Of a stretch of 63,396 nt of DNA, positions 25,864-38,265 are shown one piece after another. Both the position numbers and the translations under genes were made by a program. The stretch comes from Podarcis gaigeae (lineage: Eukaryota): assembly GCA_964106915.2 (NCBI GenBank), contig OZ066928.1; one strand, written 5' to 3'. The notes below the pieces were generated by a model. It worked only from the letters and a program-made list of their open reading frames with translations, ran no database searches and was not told where the DNA came from. Numbering within the stretch: position 1 is the first letter of the stretch; each line of letters begins with the position of its first letter.

Positions 25864-26532
25864 GCTACAGCTGCGATCGATCCCCTCTAGTTCAGTTCCT
25901 CCAGACTGTGACCATCTAAACCAACCTTAAGAGAGCAAAATGCAGTAACTGTCTTCCAGAGAGATGGTTCATATAGTGGTAAAGAAGCTGTTTCTAATAT
26001 GCGGGAATGGGCTGCGTTCCACTATCATTTACATCTCAATAGTTCTGCACACATATGCAGCAAAGGTTCCTTTTTTGCAATGCATCGCACACCCTCGGTG
26101 CTCAGCCGAGTGCAATTGACTTGGCCTCGGCAATCATGGAGCAGGTGACTCGATTATGCTGAAATCAGGCAGAAAATGTCCTCTTCTGGCTACTCAAGTG
26201 AATCAGTCAAATTATCAAGTGGCAAAACCAATCTTAGGCCTTGGGCCATTGAAGCTGCCACTTCCTATAAGTCAAGCCTGCATTTTAGTGTGAAATTGTT
26301 TTCTTTCTTTTCTTTAAAAACAAAACAAACCCACTTTCATTTATTATGCTTATTTCAGCTAATCTGTTTAGCAAATATGAATTCATCACCCCCCAGGAGT
26401 CACTTCAGATGTACAATCTTCTCTGGAAGCTGTACTGAAATATCAGAGGGCCTGTCACTGCCAATTTAGTGAGTGTCCAATCTGGGGATGACCTAAATAG
26501 GGAGAACAGAATTTCAGCGGTTTGTTTTTGGT

Positions 26533-26663
26533 NNNNNNNNNNNNNNNNNNNNNNNNNNNNNNNNNNNNNNNNNNNNNNNNNNNNNNNNNNNNNNNNNNNN
26601 NNNNNNNNNNNNNNNNNNNNNNNNNNNNNNNNNNNNNNNNNNNNNNNNNNNNNNNNNNNNNNN
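26533..26663. other. Assembly gap (N run)
   Basis: Run of n characters. Confidence 0.99.
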
Positions 26664-27436
26664 AGAGAGAGGAGATAAGGGGTGAAAATGGTATAATTCC
26701 GAGAGGGGGTATACGACAACTCATATTTTATTTATACACAGCTCAATTCTAACAATGCCTACTCAGAAGTAAGTCCGATTGAATTCAGTGAGGCTTACTC
26801 CCAGGTAAGTGGGGTTAGGATCGCCAGCCTTATTCAGTTGTCGGCATCTGTATAGTGCTTTCTAGTCAGTGAACTCAAAGCAGCTTGTCGTTTAAATTAA
26901 TGGCATGCTATCTCATAGATGGGAATCGAAAAGGGAAAAAAATAAATGTGTGGAACGATTATGAGGAAAAAGGAACAAAGTGAAGTCTCAGTACCTAAAG
27001 AATGATGCATCATTGTGGTGACAGCCCACGTGAATAGGTGAGGAGCCCAATGGCAGTTGGTCATGTCACACCCAGGCCAATGGAGGGGGCTCACTGTCCG
27101 TTCTTTGTCCATGATGTAATCATCTCAATGGTTCTTCACACAAGTGGAATAGCTGCTGTGGTTGGCAGTTCTGGGAGGGTGGGAGCAAAACAGCCGCTGG
27201 TCCCAGCTAAACACATAGTCTAGGTGCTGCTATTTCACTTGTAACCAGGTGGAGAGGGGAAGCCGAATGCCATGCTACTAGAGCAAGCCTTGCTGTCTCA
27301 GCTGCCCCTCTGATGTGGCCAGGTTGAAAGGCTGCTGGTGGAGGGAGGCAGTTCTCACTTTGAAGAACCTTTCTGCTATTAATGGTGGGCTTTTAAGGAC
27401 TTGTCCTCATGCCTGTAATGTTCATAGTGATGTAGT

Positions 27437-27600
27437 TACAGATAGGTAGCCGTGTTGGTCTGCCATAGTCAGAACAAAAAAATTCCTTCCAGTAGCACTT
27501 TAAAGACCAACTAAGTTAGTTCTTGGTATGAGCTTTCGTGTGCATGCACACTTCTTCAGATACCAACTACCAACTAGAATTGAGCTGTGTATCTGACTAC
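27437..27600 (-). mobile_element. Penelope-like element pseudo-LTR mini-insertion with a short inverted segment
   Basis: 14-bp direct repeat catagtgatgtagt at 27423-27436 and 27601-27614; PLE-type end ggtagccgtgttggtc; gtatctga near 27588-27596 is the inverse of tcagatac at 27556-27563. Confidence 0.8.
27523..27566 (-). ncRNA. Minimal type I hammerhead ribozyme (Penelope-type)
   Basis: Minus-strand RNA reads UUGGUAU-CUGAAGA-A-GUGUG(CAUG)CACAC-GAAA-GC-UC^AUACCAA. It has the intact core CUGANGA/GAAA/UH, a 7-bp stem I, a 5-bp stem II and palindromic AGCU in place of stem III. Confidence 0.8.
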
Positions 27601-29119
27601 CATAGTGATGTAGTCAGGGGAGGGAAAGGAATCAGGCATCTGCAGTGGCTGAGTGATTTACACTTGCAGTGGATCCTAAGCCTAGGATTTAAGGGGGTTT
27701 CAGCAAGCCAAGGGAGGTAACTGCAGGGAAACCAACCAGACCAGCAAAGAACTATCTTAACCAAAGATATTCATAGGTCATGTGATACTCTCTGACCCAT
27801 TAACATACTTCAAGTTTAGACTTGCCACAGCCTTGTCCTCTTACCCCAGCTTAACACAAGCTCACCGTGACAGTTTCTGATGAAGGATGATGGTGGTGGG
27901 GGTAGGAATCCAACAAGATCTGGAAGACACTACATTGAGGATAGAGGAAAGTTTCAGAAAGGTGAAAAAGGAGGCTGATAGGTTTCAGCTGCTGCACAAC
28001 AGAACCCAGTGGAAGAGGCCTTTGCTCCTGGTTCAACCAGGAGGGTGTGTCTCTCAAAGCCCCCCATTTCCACTAAACACTTGTTAATCCCATGGCTCTG
28101 AGAAGCAAAGGTTGCTGTTGTTGACGTGGGCCAGCCATTGCTCTGAAAGAGCTGGTGTACCTGAAACAGTAATCGTGGCTTCCCACTCTATTATTAAATT
28201 AACTGCATAGGGATTGCTCCCCCTCCCCATTTCCTCCTGTGAGTTGATGCATAAATGACATAATTTACCCTCCAATAAATCTAACATCAGATCAGGCCAT
28301 GGCGCAGTGTACACATACCCAGCAGTCCCATGACAGATTATTTTTGATTGCTTCAGGAGTTTACAACAGCTTGAAACCATTCAAATTTAAAGACATCATT
28401 GAAATTTTACAGTGTTCCTAACTCATGCAACAAGCAGACATAGGCCAGCCAGAGGTTTTCTGGAACAGTAGGAGCTGTGGTGTCATTCAGGAGAAGGCGT
28501 CTGGATCTGTGAGTGTCAACAATTCCAGATTCTCCTCTAGCAAACCTCAAATTATGTAGTTGGAATACAGTATTCAAATGGGATCTATAAACAGTATGTA
28601 CTTACTGCTCAGAACCACTCTCAGTAGAATAACATTAATAGGGTATCAAAGTCTTACGTTCCAGCTATGCTTTTTCAGCCTGGAGTGGCAAAGTGGCCAA
28701 CTGCAGGGCATTGAGTGTATAGAGCAGGTCTTGAATAGTAGAATAGCTTACAAGTGGGAACTGCAGCAAACTGCTGCCATATATTAATTTATTTAACAAA
28801 ATTTATATACCGGGTGATTGCAAAACAGCAAGCTCTATGCTGTTTACCACAATATAAAATAAAACATTAAAATTACCAGTAAAAAAATAGTTCAACCAGG
28901 TATTTAAAACTATTAAAAAGAAAATTAAAATCAACACTAGCTAAAAAAAAGAGAAATAAAACACCTGTAGCTTCTATATGTCTGGGCAGGCATTCTTAAG
29001 CCAAAACATTTAAGCAGGGGCCACATACTGGTGGTATTTCTGAATCTGTATATTGGCTTTGACACAAAGAGTTCTTACTAGAGCTGTGTGCAAGTGGCTT
29101 CCCAGAATTCTCCACCCTA

Positions 29120-29385
29120 CCTGTGGAAATGGAGGATAAAGCCATCAATGGGTACTAGCTGAGCCATTGGCTGAGGTGCACCTCCATGGCTGAGCTGTGC
29201 CTCCATGGTCAGGGGTAGTATTGCTTCTGAATATCAGTTGTTAGAAGCCATAGCAGGGGAGAGTGCTCTTTTGCTCAGGTCCTGCTTAAGAGTTTCCCAC
29301 AAGCATCTGGTTGGCCAGTGTGAGACCAGGGTGCTGGACTAGATGAGTCATTGGTCTGATCCAGTAGGTTCTTCTTATGCTATTG
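29120..29385 (+). mobile_element. Old CR1-type LINE 3' end; related copies near 33520-33790, 53330-53480 and 63050-63250
   Basis: Recurrent block catctggttggcca.tgtgaga..ag.atgctggactagatg...tctgatccag...cttatg. Confidence 0.65.
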
Positions 29386-32300
29386 TGCTGGAGAAACTGG
29401 GAAGAGTCATGCTGGTGGTGGAGGAACGTTTTGCCAAAGTTCTTCAGCAGGCAGATAACTTATCCAACCGTTTATTGGAGGTAGGGCTCACCATTAGTAG
29501 TGACAGTGGCATAACTTCTTTTGTCTCCTTTTTGATGGTATATTTTGGTTGTTTCCCACAGCAAGTGGGAGTAGCAGCAACTTTGTTGGCAACCTGACTG
29601 CCATTTTGCATCCTGCACCAGAACATAGTGTCACCCCAGGGTAATGTGGTGGTGGTGGGCAATGACAACTTATACTAAAAAATGTTGGAAAATATTCAGG
29701 GAAAACTCTGCAAAGTGGCCTTACTTTTTTAAAGGGGTGGTGGTAGAAGAAAGGGAAAATCTCAGAAGCTTTCTAAGAAAGAAAGAAAAAAAGTTTTCTG
29801 AGAAATTCAGCTCAGCGCTAGAACTTCCCACCATATACCTTATGGGTGGGAAGGCTCTCTAGTCATCTATGAATGAACAAATCGTCCTCCTGCAGGGCCT
29901 TCCAGATCTGAAATGCCCACCTCTTCTTGTTCTATCTGTATATATGGACAAAATGACATAAAAGACAGTGTTCCCATTCAATATTATGTAAAGGCTTTTA
30001 ACAGTGTTTTTCTTTCCAGATATAAGAACTTTGTTTTTCCCTGATGAAAGCCACATAAAGTTTGCAGAGCTCAAGACCCTTCAAATACAAGGTGTTTACT
30101 CCTATTTATATCTTGTGTCACATACATCCCCCCACCCCGGAACATAACTTTGCATACATATATTTTGTAAAAAAAGCATGTGTGTTTGTATTCCTGCATA
30201 CTCATATGATTTCTGTCTGATACCCTTGAATTATTCTAACTTGCAACCACTTGAATGGTGAAAGCTTTGGTGTAGCTGACTTGGCAATCAGTTAAGATGT
30301 AAATGGAAAGAAATACTTCTTATACACAATACATCATTAACTTACTGAGGGTTTTTGTTTAAGCATAGCTGTGTTGGTGCATCTAAGAAATTTCAAAACC
30401 CATAGGTGGGCAATAACTTTATATTGACCGACCAACTAGAATATCCCAAAATAGTGAACAAGTTCCTCCAGAGCCTCTTAGCTGGCTGGAGTTTAAGCAA
30501 AGCAACAGGAGGGATGTGAAGCTGGTATTGTTGAAGCTACAAAATATATATGAATTCATAGTCTTAAGGGGGAGTGTAATAGGAGCTAGACTTACTTGGG
30601 CTAAGTTTTTCTAGCTGCTGTGCATGTACCTGAAGATTTGGTGATGGCAGCTAGCTTAAGTATCCAGGTGGGCCATGTCTGTATTGCTCTGTTAATGCCA
30701 TGGACTGACTTAGGTAGGTTCACACATATGGAGGGCACAAGTAGCCAGCAAGTGGCGCAAGCAACTTGGAAGGTTGAGGCAGCCCTAGAGAGGAGCAGGA
30801 GGCCCCATAGATCCAGTTATGACGTAACCATTGTAAGCTGTCTTATATCAAGTCAGGCCATTGACGCATCTAGCTCAGCATATGTTGACTGGCAGTAGCT
30901 TTCCAAGGTTTCAAACTGGAGTCTTTTGCAGCCCTACTGAGACATGAAGGCTGACCCATGCATCAAAAACAGGTGCTTTTCCTTTGAGCTATGGTTCTTC
31001 TGAATGTAGAAAGCTGCCTTATACCACTAGTTCATCTAGCTCAGTGTTGTCTACTCTGTGCCCTATTGAGAGTAGTTCAGGATTATAGACCTGAGTATTT
31101 CCTAGCATCTAAAAGGTATGGCTCCGTTTACCCTCTGTTCAACAACTTATGTGGGAATTGAACATAGGACCTCTTGAACCGAAAGGGAGAATTGTGCCAC
31201 CGACTAGGCCAGGAAGCCAGATATTTAGTTATCTGCCTCTGAAAGCGCATTAAAATCTCTCTGGGTGTATGCTGCAGTGTGCTCTAGAACAGCATTCTCC
31301 ATGCTCTTCGATATTGATTTATGTCCACTTGCTGAGCATATTGGCAGCCACTGATTTGGAAGCAGATGTTTAATTCAAGAAGTGGAACAGCTGATGTAGA
31401 AATTACTTGTGTGCCGTGGGTCTTCAAACATCATGCAGCGTTGAGCACACTAAGATCCCTAAGCCAAGCTCAGAATTGCTCCCAGCACTGAATTGGAGAA
31501 ACCCACTTAGTGATATAGTTCCATCCGTGTAGTTTTAGCAGCCACAGAACCCCAGAGTGGAATGAATGCACATACAATGTGCAAGGCCTAATGGTGGGTT
31601 CATGGTCTGAAGCCAAGGCGCCCCCCCCCCCGGTGCCCTTTTTTTGTTCAGGAAGCACACTTTGGGATCATGCATCCTTTGACTAGATGTTGACAGCGCA
31701 TGTAGCACTATTACTTGTGAATGCAACCCTTCCTTCTGACCCATGAGATTTGCACTATAAAGAAACTGAGAATAAATCTATTGTTTAGGTTCCAGATGTG
31801 GCCATGTTGCATCTGGGCAAAGTCATCTGTGCACCTGTAGCCTAAAAACTTTCTGCATGTTCCAGCATAAATGCTTAAGTAATACCACAACCTATTTCCT
31901 AACGACTTCAAAGGAAGCATGGCCATGCTCAGACTGAAAACATGAATTCTTTGTATTTCTTAAGCATTGTGTATATTAAATGCAATGAGCAATGGGTGGA
32001 TTTGGGTTCAATATTATGTGTAACCAAAGCCAAGGGACACATCTCATGTGTGCACTGTGCAGGAATTGTCAAACATGCACAATGTATGCTTTCAGCTTAA
32101 GTCTAGCATTTGGTTGATTTCTTTTTAGTACTTCTATCATCTTGTAATTTCCTCCAGAGAAAAGAAAAGAGCAATTTGTACCTTTATGAAGGGGGAGAAA
32201 TTGCTAATTGAAACCATGTAATAAAAGAGTAATTTTTTGGGGGGACTATTAGTTTTGGGGTTTGTTAATTTACATATATATATATATATAAAACGATTAT

Positions 32301-32699
32301 TTTTAAAATTACTTTTGTATTTTAAAAGGCTGTAAAGTTGTGTTGTGTGTCAGCACATTCCACCTTCCCTACACATTTCATTTCTGATTTTGTTTTTATT
32401 TGCATGAATAGTTAAATCTTTATAAAAATGAGGCTGCAATTAATTGAAACAATTCCAACTGATGTTTTAATGCTTCTGTTTATGTTTTAATAAGTTCCAC
32501 TGTACACCACTTTCTGCCACCCCCCCTACAGTTAGGGGATGGGCGACTAATGTGCCCCCCATAGGGTTCTCTGTGAAAACAGCTACAGTGCTAATGAAGA
32601 GGAAGAGATGTCTAATCAAGCTTTTGTTAGAGGTTTGTTATGCTAGATTTATAACCAAATGTGGATATAATTTATTTATGGTCCACTGACCACAGATTT

Positions 32700-32772
32700 A
32701 CCACCACCTCCTCCTCCTCCTCCTCCTCCTCCTCCTCCTTCTTCTTCTTCTTCTTCTTCTTCTTCTTCTTCC
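32700..32772. repeat. Compound microsatellite (CCA)(CCT)n(CTT)n at the tail of an L2-like remnant
   Basis: Directly visible. Confidence 0.9.
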
Positions 32773-32885
32773 TATACTGCTCTTCATCTGAGGATCACAG
32801 GGCGGTTTACAATATAAAACCACAAAAATACATACCATAGTGCCAAACAAAAACAATACTTCACACACAAGGTTTAAAAGGCCAT

Positions 32886-33178
32886 AAGGTAAAGGAACCC
32901 CTGACCGTTAGGTCCAGTCGTGGACAACTCTGGGGTTGCGGCGCTCATCTCGCTCTATAGGTCGAGGGAGCCGGCGTACAACTTCCGGGTCATGTGGCCA
33001 GCATGACTAAGCCACTTCTGGCGAACCAGAGCAGTGCAGGGAAACGCCGTTTACCTTCCCACTGGAGGGGTACCTATTTATCTACTTGCACTTTGACGTG
33101 CTTTCAAACTGCTAGGTTGGCAGGAGCAAGGACCGAGCAATGGGAGCTTACCCCGTTGCGGGGATTCGAAGCACCAAC
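32886..33178 (-). mobile_element. Sauria SINE lacking its 5' end, embedded in an L2-like remnant
   Basis: ACCTTT tail at 32886; homology stops just past the B-box; no TSD seen. Confidence 0.9.
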
Positions 33179-34919
33179 AAAGATGCCAGGCGAGCGTCCC
33201 TGGAGAGAGCATTCCATAAGCAGGGAGCCACCGCAGAAAAGGCTGTTGGTAGTTTATTTATTGACTACTGCATCCATACTCTGACTTTCCTTTGTGGACC
33301 TCAAGGTGGTATACATGGCTCCCTCATGTCCTCATGATGGCTTAGGCCGAGAGCATGTCTTGGGGTCACTGAGAATGCTTCATGACTGAGTGAGCCCTGG
33401 AAGCACCAGAGACCTGGTGCTGCCCTGACCTTTTGGACTTTATATTCCATCATTCCCAGTCCTATCTTGAAGGCACAGGGCTGATAGAAACTGCACTACA
33501 CTGTACTGACTCTCAGTGTAGTGATGACTGCCACCTAGTATGGCTTTAAAGGGGAATTATACAAAGTCATAGGAATAAATCTGTCAATGGCTGCTAGTCA
33601 TGATAGCCAAATACTACCTCTACAATCACTGGCAGCATGCTCCTGAATTCCAGTCTCTGGGTAACAGAAGTGGGCAACTGCTGCAGCTTGTGTCCTCCTT
33701 GCAGGCCTCCCTTATTGATCTGGAACAGAATCATAGAATGAAGGACTAGATGGGGCTTTAGGCTGATCATTTAAGATGTTTTCTCAAAAACTGCAGAACC
33801 AAAGGGTTTGCAGCCTTGCTCCAGGGTTGAGGTGTGCTACACACTTCATCAGGTACTCCAACTGGCTTGACCACTTAGGAACATTCATGGAACTGGCAGA
33901 TCCACGACAGAGCTTTTGTACAGCTCCACTTTTCCCAACTTGGTGCCCTCCAGATGTTTGGGGCTGGGGCTCTCACCAGCCCCAGCCAATAGACTGAGAT
34001 GATGGGAGTTGTAGTTGTACAACATCTGGAAAGTCACAGGTTCTCCACCCCCAATTTATTTATTTATTGAAACCAGCTGGTTATATTTTTGCCCTGAAGG
34101 TCAGCAGTGACAGTGCTGTCATTAGGCAGATTAAGGCAACTGCCTCAGGCATCTGACTTTGGGTGTTGTGAAAGGCAGCAAGTTCTTAGTTACTAAGTAT
34201 ATAAATTTGTTGTATTTTAACTGCCAGGGAGTGGGAGGGCTGCTTGTGGAAGTTTCTACCTGATGTGCCCAAATAATCTGGTTGGCCTAAAGTACAAAAC
34301 ACCTTTGACTTTGGGAGGGAAGACTTCTCAGACAGCAAAATGTGGTAGGCCTCCCTTTCCCTTTATCCCTCCAGATGTGGTGAGCATCACCATCCCTCTC
34401 CAATGCCCATGCTCAGTGGTGGAACTGGCAGGGCAAAAAGCCAGGAAACAAAAATCGCTGGGAGCCGAAGCCACTGAAAAGTGGAACCAACTAATACTAC
34501 CTTTGTTCCCCATCTTCCTCCCTGCTGAGTTCCACAAGGGCAACACAGAGGCCAAGGAGGCCAAGGATGTTGGCAGGCAAGTGGGGGCCAGAAGAGGGCA
34601 GACTGAGGTTTGTGGTGTTTGCCTCACTGGAGAAGCCTCCACTGGGTGCCAACTACACCCAATTTGATGGGAATTGTAATCCAAAACATCTGGAGGCAGA
34701 AATCTGGGGAAGGCTGGGCTCTGCCCCAAAGGCTACTTTGAGAGACAGTGAAACTTGTTTGCCCCCCTCACACCAACACAGCCACACCAACAGAGTACCC
34801 CCCCCATTTGTAAACTTATTCTTAATGTGAGGATTACCTGAGTGTTTGTTTTCTCCAAAAGCCATAATGTAATCTCAGACCTAATACTCTGACAACCGTG
34901 CACTAATTAAAACTACAAT

Positions 34920-34950
<31 letters not shown>

Positions 34951-35352
34951 TGCTCAAACAAAACGACTTCATAAACATTACCACAAACTGTTTACCCTCC
35001 CCACCAAAAGGAAAATAGGAAGGAAAGGGGGAGAAAACAATTTATGCTTGCTAATACAATTTCCCATTAAAGCTGCTGCCAGGTAAATTAAAAAAAAAAA
35101 ACCCTCTTGAAATAGTAAGTAAGTGGGAAATTAATTCAACAGTTTAATCTAGAGCTAATAACAGTTGCAAGCTCTGAAAGAGATTGCTACAGCAGGGAGT
35201 TAATTAACAGCTTATTCCCTATTTGATAAAAGTAATCCACTCTAATTCCAGTGTAATTTACCTCAATGTAATATAAAATCACAAGCTGCTTCTGGTGCCG
35301 GTAATAATTAGCCTTGTCCTATGGCCATGTTGACAATGAAAGTCAGCAGTAG

Positions 35353-35393
<41 letters not shown>

Positions 35394-36402
35394 GGATGGC
35401 GACTTAAATACCTACATTTGAAGATTCTCTCTGAAATCTTCTAAATGTGTTGCCCTCAGTGTCTTTGTCTAATTATGGCAGCCTTCCCTCTCCAGATGTT
35501 GCTGGACTACAACTCCCATCATCCCTGACCATTGGCCATGCTGCTGAAGCTGATGGGAGTCGGAGGTCTAAAGACATCTGGAGGACAGCATGTTGTGGGA
35601 AGGCCAGTAAATGGTGCCGTCCTGCATCTTTGTTTGCACCGTCTCTACTTAACACCTGTAGACTGAGCAAAAAGAAAACAAGCGCAATCCTGAAACTGGT
35701 TGCTTAATAGTTTAGAACCAGAGCCCCCTTTCAGGTGACTCAAAGAAGCCCAGTAGGGACATAGGAAGCTGTCAGACCTGGAGATGCCAGAAATTGAAAT
35801 TGGAACCTTCTGCATACATAGCATGTGCTCTGCCACTGAGCTATGGCCCTGCGTTCCCCGCCACCATGCTGCATTTAGGCGTACCTTGTATTCGTACACA
35901 TTGTTTGAGTGCGCACAGGGCCCTTTTGATCTTAGGGAAGCTTCTATGTCAGGCTTCCTCAACCCGCTCCTCCAGATGTTTTTTGCCTACAACTCCCATG
36001 ATTCCAGTGGTCAGGGATGATGGGAATTGTAGTCTCAAAACATCTGATTTTCAGGAAGCCTGCTCTATGTGATGTGGAATACTACAAAATCAGGGTTCCA
36101 GGTCATGAGGAAGCATTTGTGCAACAGCTGCATGTGTGAAGGCCCCCTTCTTGCACATTTTCATCCTTTACCCATGGACACCAAAGGGTGGGGCTAATCA
36201 AAGCACACGGTCCTTGGGAACAGGGCTAGAGGGCACGCCTTGCTCTCAAGTCTTGAACTCTTGTTGCTTTAATTGAATGAGGCTTGGGATAAGCTAAGAC
36301 CAGGGGTAGCCAATTTGGTGCTCTCCAGATGTTGTGGGTGGGAGCTGATGGCAGTTGCAACTGTGCAGCATATGGGGGCTATACCTGCCTTAAGAACTAC
36401 TT

Positions 36403-37714
36403 TTTATAATTTTTTATTGGTTTTTTCAACACAGATTTAAAAACAAAACAAGACACAATACATAAACAAACAAAACATATAAACATGTATAATTTCAAAC
36501 CTCATTTTCATAAACCTTACTTCCCAGACTTCCCCTTACCTCCCCTTTTCTGCATCCCTATTTTGAGATTTTTTCAACAACTCCTCACACCAATTGTCTA
36601 ATTACTTATTTTCTTTTTTAGCTTCTTCTCATACTTAATCAATTACAGCTATAATTCAATATTTTCTTTTCCCTCGACATTTTAGCACTCTTCAATTTTA
36701 CAACAGTTCTTAAGATATACTTTAAATTTCTTCCAATCTTCTTCCACCGTCTCTTTTTCTTGGTCACGGATTCTGCCGGTCATCTCCGCAAGTCCCATAT
36801 AGTCAATCACCTTCGTCTGCCATTCTTCCAATGTGGGTAGTTCTTGTGTCTTCCAATACTTTGCTAAAAGAATCCTTGCTGCTGTGGTGGCATACATAAA
36901 AAACGTCCTGTCCTTCTTAGACACCAGTTGGCCGACTATGCCCAGGAGAAATGCCTCTGGTTTCTTATGAAAAGTACATTTAAGCACCTTCTTAATTTCG
37001 TTATAAATCATTTCCCAGAAGGCCTTAATCCTCGGGCAAGTCCACCAGAGGTGGTAGAAGGTACCTTCAGTCGCATTACATTTCCAACATTTATTATTGG
37101 GCAGATGATAGATTTTTGCAAGCTTGACTGGGGTCATGTACCACCTGTAAATCATTTTCATAATATTTTCTCTTAAGGCATTACATGCCGTAAATTTTAT
37201 GCCGGTGGTCCATAACTGTTCCCAGTCAGCAAACATAATATCATGACCAATGTCTTGTGCCCACTTAATCAAAGCTGATTTAACTGTCTCATCTAGTGTA
37301 TTCCATTTCAACAGCAGGTTATACATTCTTGACAAATTCTTAGTATTGGGTTCTAACAGTTCTGTTTCTAATTTTGACCTCTCCACCTGGAAGCCAATTT
37401 TCCTGTCTTGTTTGAACACTTCCATTATTTGATAATAATGAAGCCAATCTCGTACCTTAGACTTCATTTTCTCAAAATTCTGTAATTTGATTTTTCCACT
37501 CTCTTGCTCCAATATTTCACAATATTTTGGCCATTTCGATTCCATATTAAGTTTTTTCACCTCCTTAGCTTCCATTGGTGACAACCACCTAGGGGTTTTA
37601 TTTTCCAACAAATCTTTATATCGAATCCAAACATTATATAGTGCTTTCCTGACAATATGTTTTTTAAATCCTTTATGAGTTTTTACCTTGTCATACCATA
37701 TATATGCATGCCAA
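36403..37714 (-). mobile_element. 5'-truncated L1-clade LINE
   Basis: TSD ttaagaactactt at 36390-36402 and 37715-37727; AATAAA and A-rich tail on the - strand; ORF2 C-terminus present. Confidence 0.92.
36682..37713 (-). CDS. L1 ORF2 C-terminal fragment with CCHC zinc knuckle (no RT or EN domain, no native start)
   Basis: Motif CWKCNATEGTFYHLWWTC. The frame stays open upstream of the track ORF to the truncation point (WHAYIWYDKVKTHKGF...). Confidence 0.85.
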   Translation of the reverse strand, partial: WHAYIWYDKVKTHKGFKKHIVRKALYNVWIRYKDLLENKTPRWLSPMEAKEVKKLNMESKWPKYCEILEQESGKIKLQNFEKMKSKVRDWLHYYQIMEVFKQDRKIGFQVERSKLETELLEPNTKNLSRMYNLLLKWNTLDETVKSALIKWAQDIGHDIMFADWEQLWTTGIKFTACNALRENIMKMIYRWYMTPVKLAKIYHLPNNKCWKCNATEGTFYHLWWTCPRIKAFWEMIYNEIKKVLKCTFHKKPEAFLLGIVGQLVSKKDRTFFMYATTAARILLAKYWKTQELPTLEEWQTKVIDYMGLAEMTGRIRDQEKETVEEDWKKFKVYLKNCCKIEEC

Positions 37715-38139
37715 TTAAGAACTACTTCTTAAGGCCAGCACCAGAGCTACTCTCTTTTTATCCAACCAGCATTAGAGGATTGTTGAGGCCTTTTCCGTGG
37801 CAGTGCCTGGATTGTGGAAGTTGATGCCCTAGGATACCCTCACCCCCACCCCTAGATTAACAGCTAAGGTTGTCTGTTTCAGCAGGCTTTTGATCTCAGA
37901 TGGTTGCTGTGCTTTTTAAATGCCTTCCCGTGAATGATCAATGCTGCTTTCGGTGTTTTATCAAACGATGGCTTCCGGTGACATTTTTATTGGTTGCTTT
38001 AATCAGTTAGCCATTTTGTGTATATTGTATGGAAAAGTAGGATATAAATATAGTAAAACAAACAAAATTATGTTTAAAAGTGCTTATTTTGCATAATTTA
38101 TTCTGGGTTGTGGTTTTTGGTGTTGTTTTTTTTAAAAAA

Positions 38140-38265
38140 AGATTATCAATTTATTTCATTTATAGCCTCCCTTTCTTGTGTTGCAGAATTCATAGCAGTA
38201 TACACAGGGAATCCCAGGTGGTCTCTCATCCAAACACTGACCTGACCTGGAACTGTTTAGCTTCA
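38140..38265 (-). mobile_element. Degenerate 5S rRNA-derived SINE (SINE3-type)
   Basis: Minus strand gaagctaaacag...gtttggatgagagaccacctgggattcc resembles the 5S A/C-box region (gaagctaagcaggg...cttggatgggagaccgcctgggaatacc); followed by a LINE-like tail ...gggaggctataaatgaaataaa. Confidence 0.6.

Noticed and set aside
29385-29480. Helical-looking peptide EERFAKVLQQADNLSNRLLE followed by GTAGGG
   Set aside because: No good acceptor, no DACH similarity and adjacent to a CR1 tail; treated as chance or decayed TE unless RNA-seq shows junctions.
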